64,000 nucleotides of DNA from an uncultured Verrucomicrobiae bacterium (GCA_963806855.1 CAWDYW010000002.1:1-64000), one strand, 5' to 3'. Shown: positions 48,640 through 59,335, numbered from the stretch's first letter. A program made the numbers and translations. Notes: generated from the sequence alone by a model not told the origin.

Positions 48640-49809
48640 ATGAATACTTTAGAAATTAAGCCGACTGGCTTTTTAAGTGAGCTGTTGCCCTATGACCCCT
48701 CCACTAAAAAGGGTGGGGACTTGAGAAAAGGGCTTAAAGAATACAGCTTGCTTCTCGTGGCAATGGAACAAACAATTGCCGCTTTAAAAATGGGTGATTT
48801 TGAGCAATTTGATGCTGTCGTTGGCGAAAATGCATGTCAAATTCGGTCAGTGAAGATCGCTATGATCGCCCAGAAATGTTTAAATTCGGTCGAACCAATC
48901 TTAAGCAAGATCAACGATGCAAAGCGGACGATTGAGGGGTTAAGGCTTGAGCCTCTTATGAAAAGGGGGATATCGTTAGAAGGATTGCTTAAGGAGGAAA
49001 AATTAGATGTAGCTCTATCATTTGATGAATTGTTCTTAATAGAATCTTTCCTTCTTTCTGTAGCCAAAACTGTTGAGACAGCAAAACCTGAATTTCCTTT
49101 ATTTAGAAATGATGCCGCTGCTCCTAATAAATTAGAGCGATTTCAAATAGATGTAACAACTACCTATAAGAAACAACTTGTAAAACGAGTACGTCAACTC
49201 TTGTCAAAGGCTTCGGTGACTTTTGTTCAAGAACAAGCGCGCAGTTTAAATGATCGACAATTAGAGAGAATGTGTTCAGATGAATTTGTCTTTAACTATG
49301 ATAATTGGCTTCCATGCATTCCAATGTTTTGGACTTATAAAACCCTTCTCCTCTCAGCTCGAGAGCAGGGGATTCCTATCGTCATTTATGCCAAGTTTCT
49401 AGCTAAGGACCAGGAAAATAAAGTCGTCGATGAAGAATGTATTTTCTTCAAGCCAAAAGGAGTTAAAGCTTATGAAGCATTTACCCCAGATGAAGCTGAT
49501 CTAGAAAAAGTGGCTATCGTTGTTCAGGGCATTCTATGTGCAAACACCGCTGATTTGCCCACGAAAGATCAGTGGAGACAAGAATTTACAGCCCAAAAAC
49601 CAGATGATGTCATTTTGGCTGGAGCTGCCGACCACAGACAATATCCAGATGCGGCCGAAGATCGTCGGATTGAAGCACTGGGTGACAAAGAATTCGAAAG
49701 CTATAAAGAAATGGCCAGTAGCAAAGGCTATACAGAGAAAAACCCCACTATGTTTTTCATTCAACACGTTTATCCGGCAGTTGTCCGAAGTATCACTGGG
49801 AAAGAATAG
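48640..49809 (+). CDS. Hypothetical soluble protein, first gene of the operon
   Basis: 389-aa ORF, RBS gagga; candidate active-site motifs GENACQ, ADHRQ, IQHVY. Confidence 0.75.
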   Translation: MNTLEIKPTGFLSELLPYDPSTKKGGDLRKGLKEYSLLLVAMEQTIAALKMGDFEQFDAVVGENACQIRSVKIAMIAQKCLNSVEPILSKINDAKRTIEGLRLEPLMKRGISLEGLLKEEKLDVALSFDELFLIESFLLSVAKTVETAKPEFPLFRNDAAAPNKLERFQIDVTTTYKKQLVKRVRQLLSKASVTFVQEQARSLNDRQLERMCSDEFVFNYDNWLPCIPMFWTYKTLLLSAREQGIPIVIYAKFLAKDQENKVVDEECIFFKPKGVKAYEAFTPDEADLEKVAIVVQGILCANTADLPTKDQWRQEFTAQKPDDVILAGAADHRQYPDAAEDRRIEALGDKEFESYKEMASSKGYTEKNPTMFFIQHVYPAVVRSITGKE

Positions 49810-49818
49810 GGGACGCAA

Positions 49819-51045
49819 ATGGAACAAACAGACGTAAAAAAACAATCATGGTGGCAACTCTTGAGCATTCAAGCGGGAGGAACGATTTGTCTTCCCGTCA
49901 TCATGCTAGGTCAACTTGTCTGCCAAAAATTTGGATGGCTTGCAGCATTACTTGGAGTGGGTCTAGGGAATGCGTTTTTGCTGATCATTGGGTATTTGCT
50001 CGCTTCTTTGAGCACATACCGGCGGCAAAGTACGGTTCAACATGCCGCCAGTTATTTTGGAAATCAGGGCAGGCCCCTTTTTGCCTCTTTAATGATGCTG
50101 TCGATGTTGGGCTGGTTTGGTATTCAACTCAATATCATGAGCCTTAGCTGTCAGCAGCTCTTGACTATGATGGGAATCGCCATTCCTTCCCTTGTTCTTA
50201 ACATTGGGATTGGACTGATGATCGGGTGTGTGATGTGCTTTGGCATGAAGGGGATGAAGTGGTTGTCATACTTCAGTGCTCCCTTATTGGGAATCACCCT
50301 GCTCTATGCTATTTTTTCAGCTCATGGATCGATTCCTCTCTCTGCTCCCTTAACAATTTCTTGGCTTGGAGGACTATCTTTGATCATAGGAGGCAATATT
50401 GCTGCGGTTATTGATCTGCCCACTTTTTTTAGGCACGCAAAATCTGGTCGGGATGCCCGAATCTGCATTTTGTTGCTCTATGGTTTAATTGTCCCATTTA
50501 TTGAAATAGTAGGAATTTATCTCTCTACTATTTCAGGGGGAAATTCGATTTTAGAGGTCTTGCAAACGGGGCATGGACAGCTGTGGATGATGTGGGTTAG
50601 TTGCTTTGTCCTCCTTTCAGGATGGGCAACTAATAATGCTAACCTCTACTCCTCTATTACCTCTTCATATTCATTGCCAGGAGGGTTTACTCCTATCAAG
50701 CGGACCCTTGTCCTAGGAGCAATTGGAACAGCGATTGCTTGCTTCAACCCTTTAGGAAACATTGAAAATTTGCTTGATTTACTTGGGGTTACGATTGGAG
50801 GAATGGGTGCGGTAGTCCTTGCGGGCTATCTTTTGGAAAGAAAGGATCTAAACTACAGGAAGATCCCTTGGATCTCTATTGTGAGTTGGTCAGTTGGAGT
50901 TGGGATTGGACTTGCCTCTTCATTTTTCCACTGGTTTATTACAGGGGTGCCGGCATTTGATGCCTTTATTATATCATTTATAATGAAAATAATTTTAAAC
51001 AGAATTTATCAAAGGAAAGAAAGTTATGAAACAATTAACAATTGA
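49819..51045 (+). CDS. NCS1/cytosine permease family transporter
   Basis: About 12 TM, GWFGIQ, DLPTFFRHAKS, WATNNANLYS. Confidence 0.88.
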   Translation: MEQTDVKKQSWWQLLSIQAGGTICLPVIMLGQLVCQKFGWLAALLGVGLGNAFLLIIGYLLASLSTYRRQSTVQHAASYFGNQGRPLFASLMMLSMLGWFGIQLNIMSLSCQQLLTMMGIAIPSLVLNIGIGLMIGCVMCFGMKGMKWLSYFSAPLLGITLLYAIFSAHGSIPLSAPLTISWLGGLSLIIGGNIAAVIDLPTFFRHAKSGRDARICILLLYGLIVPFIEIVGIYLSTISGGNSILEVLQTGHGQLWMMWVSCFVLLSGWATNNANLYSSITSSYSLPGGFTPIKRTLVLGAIGTAIACFNPLGNIENLLDLLGVTIGGMGAVVLAGYLLERKDLNYRKIPWISIVSWSVGVGIGLASSFFHWFITGVPAFDAFIISFIMKIILNRIYQRKESYETINN

Positions 51046-52090
51046 TGATTTAGATAATTTAAGTATTGGGAGCGCTATTATGGGATCTGGAGGGGGTGGC
51101 GATCCCTCTTACGCCCTTCTCATGACGAAGTATCTGGTAGAAAAATATGGTCCGATCAACATCATCTCTGTTGAAGAACTTCAAGAAGATGATCTGATAG
51201 TCCCGCTCTCGATGATGGGAGCCCCATTAATCACCATGGAGAGGATACTGAGTGGTAGAGAACTGGAGATTCTTTTAAAGGTTATTGAAGACCGCTTGCA
51301 ATGCAAGCCCACTGTATTAATGGCTGCTGAGATGGGAGGTGCTAATAGTTTCACGCCTCTCTTAATTGCTGCTAAATCCGGGCTACCGGTTTTAGATGCG
51401 GATATGATCGGCCGCGCCTTTCCGGAGCTGCAAATGAGCAGCTGCTATTTAAAAAAACTCAAAGCAACACCTGCTGTAATGGCTGACTGTTTGGGAAATA
51501 CGGTTGTCATAGAGACAACAGATGCCAAAGCTTTGGAAAGAATCGCCCGAGCGCTCACTGTGTCAATGGGTTCCAGTAGCGCTGTTGGATTCTATCTCAT
51601 GCGGGGATCAGAAGTTCCCGGCGCAGTAGTAACTGGCACACTCTCTCAGGCTCTAGAATTAGGGCAATCCATTACAAATGCCCGAAAAGAAGGAAAGGAT
51701 CCTATTCAAGCTCTTCTCGATATCTCAGGAGCGACAACCATAGGAAGGGGGACCCTAATGGATATCGATCAGACAGTTAAAGATGGGTTTTTACAAGGAT
51801 CGGTCACAATTTTAAACAACAATAAAAAGATTAAGCTTTTTTATCAAAATGAATACCTTTTGGCGAAGAATGAAGATAATGTTCTCGCTTCTACTCCAGA
51901 TCTATTAGTGCTTCTGGAAGAAAATAGTGGAACTCCCATTACAAGTGAAGCACTTCGATATGGTCTTCAAGTAGCCTTAATTGCGATTCCGGCTCCAGAC
52001 ATTTGGCAAACAGCAGAAGGGCTTGAGCTAGTTGGCCCCCGTGTCTTTGGATACGACATCGATTATCAGCTTACCATCGGAGGATATTAG
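51026..52090 (+). CDS. DUF917 family protein
   Basis: MGSGGGGDP, MMGAP, EMGGAN, DADMIGRAFPELQM, QNEYL, TPDL, LRYG, VGPRVFG. Confidence 0.92.
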   Translation: MKQLTIDDLDNLSIGSAIMGSGGGGDPSYALLMTKYLVEKYGPINIISVEELQEDDLIVPLSMMGAPLITMERILSGRELEILLKVIEDRLQCKPTVLMAAEMGGANSFTPLLIAAKSGLPVLDADMIGRAFPELQMSSCYLKKLKATPAVMADCLGNTVVIETTDAKALERIARALTVSMGSSSAVGFYLMRGSEVPGAVVTGTLSQALELGQSITNARKEGKDPIQALLDISGATTIGRGTLMDIDQTVKDGFLQGSVTILNNNKKIKLFYQNEYLLAKNEDNVLASTPDLLVLLEENSGTPITSEALRYGLQVALIAIPAPDIWQTAEGLELVGPRVFGYDIDYQLTIGGY

Positions 52091-52091
52091 T

Positions 52092-53669
52092 ATGAAGAAT
52101 TCATATATCATAGGCGTAGACATTGGTGGAACAAATACTGATGCAGTTCTAGTAGATCAAAATGAAAAAATTATCGGTGTAGTTAAAACTTCTACAACAG
52201 AGGATATTAGCATCGGGTTCTCTCTGGCTCTAAAACAATTGCTTGAGCAATCCGCTATTGCTCCAGAACAAATCCAAAACCTCCTTCTGGGAACTACACA
52301 TGCAACGAATGCGATCTTACAGAAAAAAGATCTTTTTCGCGTTGGAGTCATACGCATTGCAGGACAAAGGCCTGAAGCACTGCCCGTGGCATTTTCTTGG
52401 CCCAAAGATCTGAAAGATGCTGTTATTGGGGGAGAAGAAACGATCAATGGGGGATTCGAGTGCCACGGAGGGACTTTAACCCCCCTTTGTAAAAATGAAA
52501 TGATCCAAGCAATAGAGCGGCTTATAGAAAAACAAGTCGATAGTATCGCGATTGTGGGTGTCTTTTCTCCTCTTAATGGCTCCCAAGAAAAAGTCGTTGG
52601 AACTGTTGTGAGAGAAATTGCTGGAGATACTTTCCCCATTTCCCTTTCACACGAAATCGGAGGCATTGGATTCATCGAAAGAGAAAATTCAACCATTCTG
52701 AATGCCTCGCTTAAACGGGTGATGCAGCAGGGCTTTTGCTCCTTGCAATCAGCTAGTCAAAGCTTAGGGATATGCTGTCCTCTGCTCATTACACAAAATG
52801 ACGGAAGTCTAATAGCTATTGAAAGAGCAGTTGACTACCCCGTTTTAACAATTTCAGCAGGCCCGACTAACTCGTTTATCGGCGGTGCGCGTTTGGCCAA
52901 TTTGGAAAATGCCATTGTCGTAGATATTGGGGGCACATCCACTGATATAGGACAGTTGCGCCGCGGCTTTCCAATTCGGAGCTTAAATAAGTCAAATATT
53001 GGCGGCGTTTCTCTTAATTTTCCAATGCCCGATGTCTTATCCGTTGCCCTGGGAGGAGGTAGCATTATCCGTTTCAATTCCAATAAACTCCTTATTGGAC
53101 CGACAAGTGTCGGGAAATTCCTGAATACCCAAGCCCTTAGCTTCGGAGGTAAAGAATTAACGCTAACCGATGCAGCCCTAGTGATGGGACACATTGAAAT
53201 AGAGCAATCTCAGCCCCAAAAAGCTGCTTTAAGTCCCGCTCAGGGAGAGGCGATTTTTGACCAAGTTAAGGGAGCACTAAATGAATTAATTTTAAAGATA
53301 CAAGGGGAATACAAGGACCTCCCTATCGTTTTTGTAGGAGGCGGCTGCGCATTGCTCCCAGCCAGCTTTTTTCAAGAAGCATATCAAATGCCCCCATTTT
53401 TCAATGTCGCGAACGCTTACGGGGCAGCGCTGGCAGAAATTTCCGGGACTGTCGATACCGTAGTCAGTTTACATAATCGAGAAGAAGTATTAGATGCGCT
53501 TTATGAAAAGGCAAAACAAGAGGCTATCGACCGAGGCGCCAATGCTGAAACTTTAAGATTAGTGGATCAGCAGATCATTCCTTATTCCTATGTGCCGAAT
53601 CAAATGGCGCGGGTTATCGTGAGATTTTGCGGAAAAAGAGCGTCAACAAGCGAGGTCACCTTGCAGTAG
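52092..53669 (+). CDS. Hydantoinase/oxoprolinase subunit A family protein
   Basis: GVDIGGTNTDAV, GTTHATNA, ERENSTILNASL, GPTNS, VDIGGTSTD, ANAYGAA. Confidence 0.93.
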   Translation: MKNSYIIGVDIGGTNTDAVLVDQNEKIIGVVKTSTTEDISIGFSLALKQLLEQSAIAPEQIQNLLLGTTHATNAILQKKDLFRVGVIRIAGQRPEALPVAFSWPKDLKDAVIGGEETINGGFECHGGTLTPLCKNEMIQAIERLIEKQVDSIAIVGVFSPLNGSQEKVVGTVVREIAGDTFPISLSHEIGGIGFIERENSTILNASLKRVMQQGFCSLQSASQSLGICCPLLITQNDGSLIAIERAVDYPVLTISAGPTNSFIGGARLANLENAIVVDIGGTSTDIGQLRRGFPIRSLNKSNIGGVSLNFPMPDVLSVALGGGSIIRFNSNKLLIGPTSVGKFLNTQALSFGGKELTLTDAALVMGHIEIEQSQPQKAALSPAQGEAIFDQVKGALNELILKIQGEYKDLPIVFVGGGCALLPASFFQEAYQMPPFFNVANAYGAALAEISGTVDTVVSLHNREEVLDALYEKAKQEAIDRGANAETLRLVDQQIIPYSYVPNQMARVIVRFCGKRASTSEVTLQ

Positions 53670-53697
53670 ATTTAATGAGGGTCGGATGCTTCTTGCT

Positions 53698-53724
53698 GAA
53701 CTATTAAGAATTGCTTAATAGTTC
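53698..53724. terminator. Hairpin after the hydantoinase operon
   Basis: gaactattaag-aattg-cttaatagttc, 11-bp perfect stem. Confidence 0.55.
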
Positions 53725-53726
53725 CC

Positions 53727-53789
53727 TTGAAAGAGTTCGGCCATTCTTTTTTGACGTAGCCAAACCGTACTGTGTTCAAGCCTCACCTG
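53727..53789 (-). pseudogene. Short RhuM-family N-terminal remnant
   Basis: Translates to QVRLEHSTVWLRQKRMAELFQ, similar to the RhuM TVWLTQKQMAELFQ signature. Confidence 0.55.
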
Positions 53790-53852
53790 TCCGGTGTACC
53801 GTACCTGAAAAAACCTTTGTGAGAGTGCTTTTTAACAAATTATTGGTATACT

Positions 53853-53870
53853 CGTTTATATATATACAAT
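53853..53870 (+). promoter_or_regulatory. Candidate ARG box just downstream of the argR -10 (tatact 53847-53852)
   Basis: cgtttatatatatacaat, loose fit to WNTGAATAWWWATTCANW. Confidence 0.45.
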
Positions 53871-53884
53871 CCTGAGACAGTTCT

Positions 53885-54355
53885 ATGGCTAAGAAAAAGA
53901 CAAATAAAGGTTCGCAAACACTTCATGATGCGCTGAGAGCCCTCCTCATGGGAAGAAAAGCGAGCACGCAGGAAGATATCTGTGCTGCATTGGAGAAACT
54001 AGGATACGAAATTAATCAATCAAAGGCCTCCCGGCTCCTGCGGAAGATTGGCGCGATTAAAGTAGTGACTGAAAGGGGGCAGACGGTCTATTCGCTTCTT
54101 CGAGAGCCTGCACCGCCATCGATGAACACGCCTATTCGAGATTTAATCCTCGACATTGTTTCTAATGAGACCTTAGTGGTGATTTTTACTAGCCCGGGGT
54201 CCGCATCAATGGTCGCACGGGTTCTCGACTATAATCAAATCACCACAGAAATCCTGGGGACGATTGCGGGGGACGATACGATTTTTGTCGCTCCTAAGTC
54301 GATCAAAGACATTCACAAATTAAGGGATGAAATTAGAGCCCTATTGAGAAGTTAG
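53885..54355 (+). CDS. argR: Arginine repressor
   Basis: STQEDI, INQSKASRLL, TSPGSA, ILGTIAGDDTIFV. Confidence 0.96.
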   Translation: MAKKKTNKGSQTLHDALRALLMGRKASTQEDICAALEKLGYEINQSKASRLLRKIGAIKVVTERGQTVYSLLREPAPPSMNTPIRDLILDIVSNETLVVIFTSPGSASMVARVLDYNQITTEILGTIAGDDTIFVAPKSIKDIHKLRDEIRALLRS

Positions 54356-55783
54356 ATACTCTTTTACAGCTTTCAATTGTTTTTGCTTCTCAGAGATCCA
54401 AACAGTCGTTTTCCCTATATTAATGGCAGCTGTTCTATGCTGATTTTCTACTTGGGCAGAGGAGGTGCCCCCTCGACTATTTCTGGAATTGACAATCTTC
54501 TCTAAATCGAGGGCAGCGAACACATCATCTGAAAAGAGGGGAGAAAAGCTTTTCAATTGATCGAGTGAGAGATTTTCAAGTTTATGGCCACCTACTAGGC
54601 AGTACTGGACAATTTTGCCGACGACCGTATGAGCTTCTCGAAAGGGGAGCCCTTTTGAGGCCAGATAATCTGCAAGCTCTGTGGCATTTAGGAGCCCTTC
54701 TTGGGCAGCCTGTAGCATTTTGTCGGGTTTTATGCTGAGTGTAGTTATCAGTCCTTTGTAGATCGAGAGGGAGTCTTCCAACGTTTTTATTGTATCGAAG
54801 AGTGTTTCTTTATCCTCTTGCATATCTTTGTTATAGGCCAGGGGAAGTCCTTTCAGCATTGTCAAAGTGGCAAGCAAAGACCCATAGACTCGGCCAGTTT
54901 TGCCTCTTACAAGCTCTGGAACATCTGGGTTTTTTTTCTGAGGCATGATGCTGCTCCCGGTGCAGTAAGCGTCGTCAAGCTCGATAAAGGCAAATTCTTG
55001 ACTGCACCAGAGGATGATCTCTTCGCTGAGACGAGAAAGATGGGTCATGATCAGGGCGGCATTCGCTAAAAATTCGACACAGAAGTCCCGGTCGCTCACA
55101 GCGTCAATGCTATTTTCATAAAGGCCATCAAACTTTAATAGGTCCGCAACCATTTGCCGATCGATAGGGAATCCTGTCCCTGCCAAGGCACAGGCCCCAA
55201 GAGGGAGTTGGTTTATTCGAGGCCAACTGTCTTGAAGACGCTGGATATCCCGCTCAAACATGGCAACATAGGCCAGGAGATGATGGGCAAAGAGGATCGG
55301 TTGGGCCCGTTGTAAGTGCGTATAGCCGGGCATGATGGCATGGCTGTTCTCTTTTGCTTTGGCTAGGAGGGCTTGGATGACCTCTTTGAGGAGCTCTATG
55401 AGGGCAACCACTTTGCTGCGCAAATAAAGATGCAGATCCGTTGCAACTTGATCATTACGGCTGCGGGCTGTATGGAGCTTACCGGCTAGGGAGCCAATTA
55501 GGTGTTTGAGCTCGGTTTCCACTTTCATATGGATATCTTCGTCGGCTGCCGATAAAAGGATTTCTCCTTGGGAAAAGCGCTCTAAAACTTGGAGCAATCC
55601 GTTGCGAATCTGATCTGCTTCGGCCCGTGTCAATATGACGACTTTCCCGAGCATCTGCACATGGGCAAGGCTGCCAAGGATATCCTCTTCTGCTAGCGCG
55701 CAATCAAAAAAGATCGAGGCAGTAAAGGTCTCGACTTCTGTTTTTGTCGCTTTGGTGAATCTTCCGCTCCAGTGTTTATCCAT
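54341..55783 (-). CDS. argH: Argininosuccinate lyase
   Basis: [38 protein letters not shown]. Confidence 0.97.
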   Translation of the reverse strand: MDKHWSGRFTKATKTEVETFTASIFFDCALAEEDILGSLAHVQMLGKVVILTRAEADQIRNGLLQVLERFSQGEILLSAADEDIHMKVETELKHLIGSLAGKLHTARSRNDQVATDLHLYLRSKVVALIELLKEVIQALLAKAKENSHAIMPGYTHLQRAQPILFAHHLLAYVAMFERDIQRLQDSWPRINQLPLGACALAGTGFPIDRQMVADLLKFDGLYENSIDAVSDRDFCVEFLANAALIMTHLSRLSEEIILWCSQEFAFIELDDAYCTGSSIMPQKKNPDVPELVRGKTGRVYGSLLATLTMLKGLPLAYNKDMQEDKETLFDTIKTLEDSLSIYKGLITTLSIKPDKMLQAAQEGLLNATELADYLASKGLPFREAHTVVGKIVQYCLVGGHKLENLSLDQLKSFSPLFSDDVFAALDLEKIVNSRNSRGGTSSAQVENQHRTAAINIGKTTVWISEKQKQLKAVKEYLTSQ

Positions 55784-56981
55784 TTTGAGCCTTCAATCGT
55801 AGTGCGTTTAACTTAATAAACCCTTTTGCATCGGTCTGGTCATAGCCTCCAATCTCATCCATGCTGGCGAGTTGCGATTGATAGAGAGAATGAGGGGATG
55901 CGCGTCCAGTGATCATAATGTTGCCTTTATATAAAGTGAGAAAGACCTTACCGGAGACATTTTTTTGACTTTGGTTAATCGCAGCCATCAAAAAGTCCAT
56001 TTCCGGGCTAAACCAAAAGCCATTGTAAATAATTTGGGCTATTTTAGGCGCCAAGCTTTCCTTCAATAGAATCACTTCCCGGTCTAACGTAATTCCCTCT
56101 AAATCTAGGTGTGCTTTGAGTAGAATGGTCCCCGCTGGGGTTTCATAGACTCCACGCGATTTCATTCCGACAAAGCGACTTTCCACTAGATCGATTCGCC
56201 CAATTCCATGCATCCCTCCAATTTTGTTGAGATACTTAAACAGCTCAAGAGTGCCGGTGACTTTTTTACCAGTCTCGATCTCTTCGACTGAAATGGGGTT
56301 GCCACTTTGAAATTCGATCGCGATCTTCAGCTCTTGATCAGGGGCATTTTTAGGAGAAGCGGTTCTTCTGAACATCTCTTCTTGAGGAATGTAGGCAGGG
56401 TCCTCTAATTTTCCTCCCTCGTAGCTGGTGTGCATGAGGTTTTCATCGATGCTATAGGGCTTCTCCAATGTGGAGGTCACGGGGATGTTGTGCGCTTTCG
56501 CATAGTTTAAGAGATCTGTTCTTCCAGAGAACTGTGATAAAAATTCGGGGTCTTTCCAAGGGCTGATGATCTCCGCATGGGGAATCTGTTTCCAAATAGT
56601 GAGTTCAAACCGGACCTGGTCGTTCCCTTTTCCTGTGGCTCCATGGGCAAAGCAGGAGATCTTTTCCTTTGCAGCGGCCTTGACCATTTCGCTCGCAATC
56701 AGGGGTCTTGCAAGAGATGTGCCAAGTAAATACTTCCCTTCGTAAACTGCGTGGGCTTTTAAAGAGGGGAGAATGTAGTCCTTCACAAACTCTTCTTGCA
56801 GATGGGCAATGATCACTTTTTTAGCCCCGATAGCAAGAGCCTTATTTTCGGCAGCTTTTAGGTCCTCCTCCTGTCCCACATCGGCAATAAAACAGATGAC
56901 TTCATAGCCTTTGTCAATCAGCCATTTTAGAATCACCGAGGTATCGAGCCCTCCGCTATATGCGAGCAATACTTTCTTCAT
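55776..56981 (-). CDS. argG: Argininosuccinate synthase (start MKKVLL)
   Basis: [43 protein letters not shown]. Confidence 0.97.
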   Translation of the reverse strand: MKKVLLAYSGGLDTSVILKWLIDKGYEVICFIADVGQEEDLKAAENKALAIGAKKVIIAHLQEEFVKDYILPSLKAHAVYEGKYLLGTSLARPLIASEMVKAAAKEKISCFAHGATGKGNDQVRFELTIWKQIPHAEIISPWKDPEFLSQFSGRTDLLNYAKAHNIPVTSTLEKPYSIDENLMHTSYEGGKLEDPAYIPQEEMFRRTASPKNAPDQELKIAIEFQSGNPISVEEIETGKKVTGTLELFKYLNKIGGMHGIGRIDLVESRFVGMKSRGVYETPAGTILLKAHLDLEGITLDREVILLKESLAPKIAQIIYNGFWFSPEMDFLMAAINQSQKNVSGKVFLTLYKGNIMITGRASPHSLYQSQLASMDEIGGYDQTDAKGFIKLNALRLKAQNG

Positions 56982-57027
56982 TTTGAATCTCCTTTTGTCA
57001 TTTGCGATCCTTTTTATTGTATCTAAA

Positions 57028-57158
57028 ACAGAATATTTATGCAATCAATATGACTGCTTAGTCATTCGGTATTGCTTGTCAACACGCTTAACTGCAGTGT
57101 GTTAGGTGTTTATAAAATAAACTAGAGTTGACTAAATATGCATATTTATGGGTATAAT
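57028..57158. promoter_or_regulatory. ARG boxes in the argG / ABC divergent region
   Basis: acagaatatttatgcaat (57028-57045), tatgcatatttatgggta (57137-57154, between ttgact and tataat), weaker gtttataaaataaac (57108-57122). Confidence 0.65.
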
Positions 57159-57180
57159 GAAGGCAACGAAGGAGTAGAAA

Positions 57181-57966
57181 ATGTCCAAGTGGCTAATTGT
57201 TTTCATGACTATTTTGACCGCAATAGGTCTTGTTTTCATGTTTCAATCTACAGATAAACCGGCCGAAGAAACACTTACAATAGGTCTGCATAGTGGATAT
57301 CCCCCATTTGAGTATATGGATGAGAATGGGAAAATCGTCGGCTTCGATCTCGATATTGCAGAGCGGATTGCTGCAAAATTAGGGAAGAAAATTGTCATCA
57401 AAGATATGGAATTTGATGGGGAAATCCTATCGCTTAAGCAAGGAAAAATTGATCTGATTTTAAGTGGGATGAATATCACTCCAAGCCGAGAAAAAGAGAT
57501 CCTTATGGTTCCCTACCATGGAGAGTCGACTACTTCGCTTAGTCTTATCTTTTGGCAGAGCATTCCAGAAGGGTTGCAGTCAATTGAAGATCTAATGAAT
57601 CTCCAAAATCCGACAGTCACCGTTGGGATGGGAACAACTCCAGAAGCTTACCTCAGCCGCTACCCAGCGATTCAATCTAAATCATTTGAAGGAGCATTGT
57701 CATGCCTGATGGATGTCAAATATGGGAAATCTATTGCTAATCTTGTGGAGGCCGATGTTGCAGAGTATCTTCAAAAGCAACATCCAGAAATTAAAATTCT
57801 GCAAGTCCCCATTTCAAAAGACGATAGTATTGCCGGCTTTGGCATCGGGGTGAATAAAAATAACCAGATCCTTTTTCAGCAAGTTAAAGAGGTCATTCAG
57901 GAACTTAAAGCAACAGGTGAACTCAAGCAACTCGAAGATAAATGGTTTAAAGGGGTTCAGCAATGA
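57181..57966 (+). CDS. Polar amino-acid ABC substrate-binding protein (ArtJ-like)
   Basis: YPPFEY, GFDLDIA, SGMNITPSR, LEDKWF. Confidence 0.92.
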   Translation: MSKWLIVFMTILTAIGLVFMFQSTDKPAEETLTIGLHSGYPPFEYMDENGKIVGFDLDIAERIAAKLGKKIVIKDMEFDGEILSLKQGKIDLILSGMNITPSREKEILMVPYHGESTTSLSLIFWQSIPEGLQSIEDLMNLQNPTVTVGMGTTPEAYLSRYPAIQSKSFEGALSCLMDVKYGKSIANLVEADVAEYLQKQHPEIKILQVPISKDDSIAGFGIGVNKNNQILFQQVKEVIQELKATGELKQLEDKWFKGVQQ

Positions 57967-58622
57967 GCGCCGAACTTTCCCTATTAGTTAAATCGTTCCC
58001 TTTTTTGCTTCAGGGGGCTCTAGCTACGATCAAAATTGCCCTTGTTTCAATCACTATAGGGCTTTGCGGCGGCGTCTTAATTGGAATCTTGAACTGCCGA
58101 AAACTGCGATTGGCTCATACAGCTTTTTTCCTGAGTGGTTTTGTCTGGGTGATTAGAGGAACCCCTTTATTTGTCCAAGTGCTGATCGTTTACTATGCTT
58201 TGCCCGAAATTTTGGGCTTTTCATTATCACCTTTTGCAGCCGGGGTCATTGCCCTAGGGATTAATTCGACTGCCTATATCTCTGAGATTGTTCGGGGCGG
58301 AATAGATTCAATCCCGATTGGGCAATGGGAAGCTGCCTATGTGGTCGGGCTCAAACCCTGGAAGACCTTGAAGGGGGTAATTCTTCCCCAGATGTTTCGA
58401 ATCACGCTGCCAAGCTTAACCAATGAGTTGACCGCTTTGATTAAAGAAACCAGCATCTTAATGGTCATCGGAGTCGCTGAATTGACCAAAGTGAGCAAGG
58501 ATATCGTTGCTCGTGAGCTTGACCCGATGACGATATATTTAGCAGCAGCAGTGCTCTATCTTGCCATGACAAGCTGTCTCTCATTATTTGCAAGGTCAAA
58601 GCAAAAAGTGTGGCTCGTATGA
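57963..58622 (+). CDS. Polar amino-acid ABC permease
   Basis: IRGTPLFVQ, AYISEIVRGGI, GQWEAA, LIKETS. Confidence 0.95.
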   Translation: MSAELSLLVKSFPFLLQGALATIKIALVSITIGLCGGVLIGILNCRKLRLAHTAFFLSGFVWVIRGTPLFVQVLIVYYALPEILGFSLSPFAAGVIALGINSTAYISEIVRGGIDSIPIGQWEAAYVVGLKPWKTLKGVILPQMFRITLPSLTNELTALIKETSILMVIGVAELTKVSKDIVARELDPMTIYLAAAVLYLAMTSCLSLFARSKQKVWLV

Positions 58623-59335
58623 TCTCAGGGAAAAATGTATCCTGGCGATATAAGAATCGCTCTACCTCTGCTTTGCAACAGGTCTCTTTTGAATTGAGAC
58701 AAGGGCGAATTACCACTTTTATGGGGCAAAGCGGAGCTGGTAAAACCACCTTGCTCAAATGCATTGCTAATTTACATCCGCACTATGAGGGGGTGATCGC
58801 CTGTAATGGGCAAGATCTTAAATCCTTAGGTCCTGTTGAAAGAGCAACGACTGTGGGCTTTGTCTTGCAGCAGTTTCATCTCTTTCCTCATTTATCGGTC
58901 CTCAAAAATTGTACTCTAGCCCTTGAAGAGGTGCTAGGCATGCAAGGCAAAGAAGCTGAAGAGAAGGCGAGCCAGATCCTGGACTCATTGGGCATGCATT
59001 CTTTTATGAATGCATTTCCCTCGCAACTTTCTGGGGGGCAACAACAGCGTGTTGCGATTGCAAGGGCCCTAGCGCTTTCTCCTAAGGTTTTGCTCTTAGA
59101 TGAACCGACATCTTCCTTGGATCCAGAGAGCAAAAAAAGCCTAGAAGCATTACTCCTTGAGCTGAGCTCGCAAGGGATCACTATCGCCATTTCAAGCCAC
59201 GATATGCCCTTCATCCGCAAAATAATGGATTACATTTACTTCATGGAACATGGGGTGATAATTGAAGCGTGGGATCAAAGAAATGAAGAGCTGTTTTCCA
59301 AACAAAAAATTCAGCAGTTTTTATCACATCAATGA
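58610..59335 (+). CDS. Polar amino-acid ABC ATP-binding protein
   Basis: GQSGAGKTT, FHLFPHLSV, LSGGQQQRVAIARAL, DEPTSSLDP. Confidence 0.95.
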   Translation: MARMISGKNVSWRYKNRSTSALQQVSFELRQGRITTFMGQSGAGKTTLLKCIANLHPHYEGVIACNGQDLKSLGPVERATTVGFVLQQFHLFPHLSVLKNCTLALEEVLGMQGKEAEEKASQILDSLGMHSFMNAFPSQLSGGQQQRVAIARALALSPKVLLLDEPTSSLDPESKKSLEALLLELSSQGITIAISSHDMPFIRKIMDYIYFMEHGVIIEAWDQRNEELFSKQKIQQFLSHQ

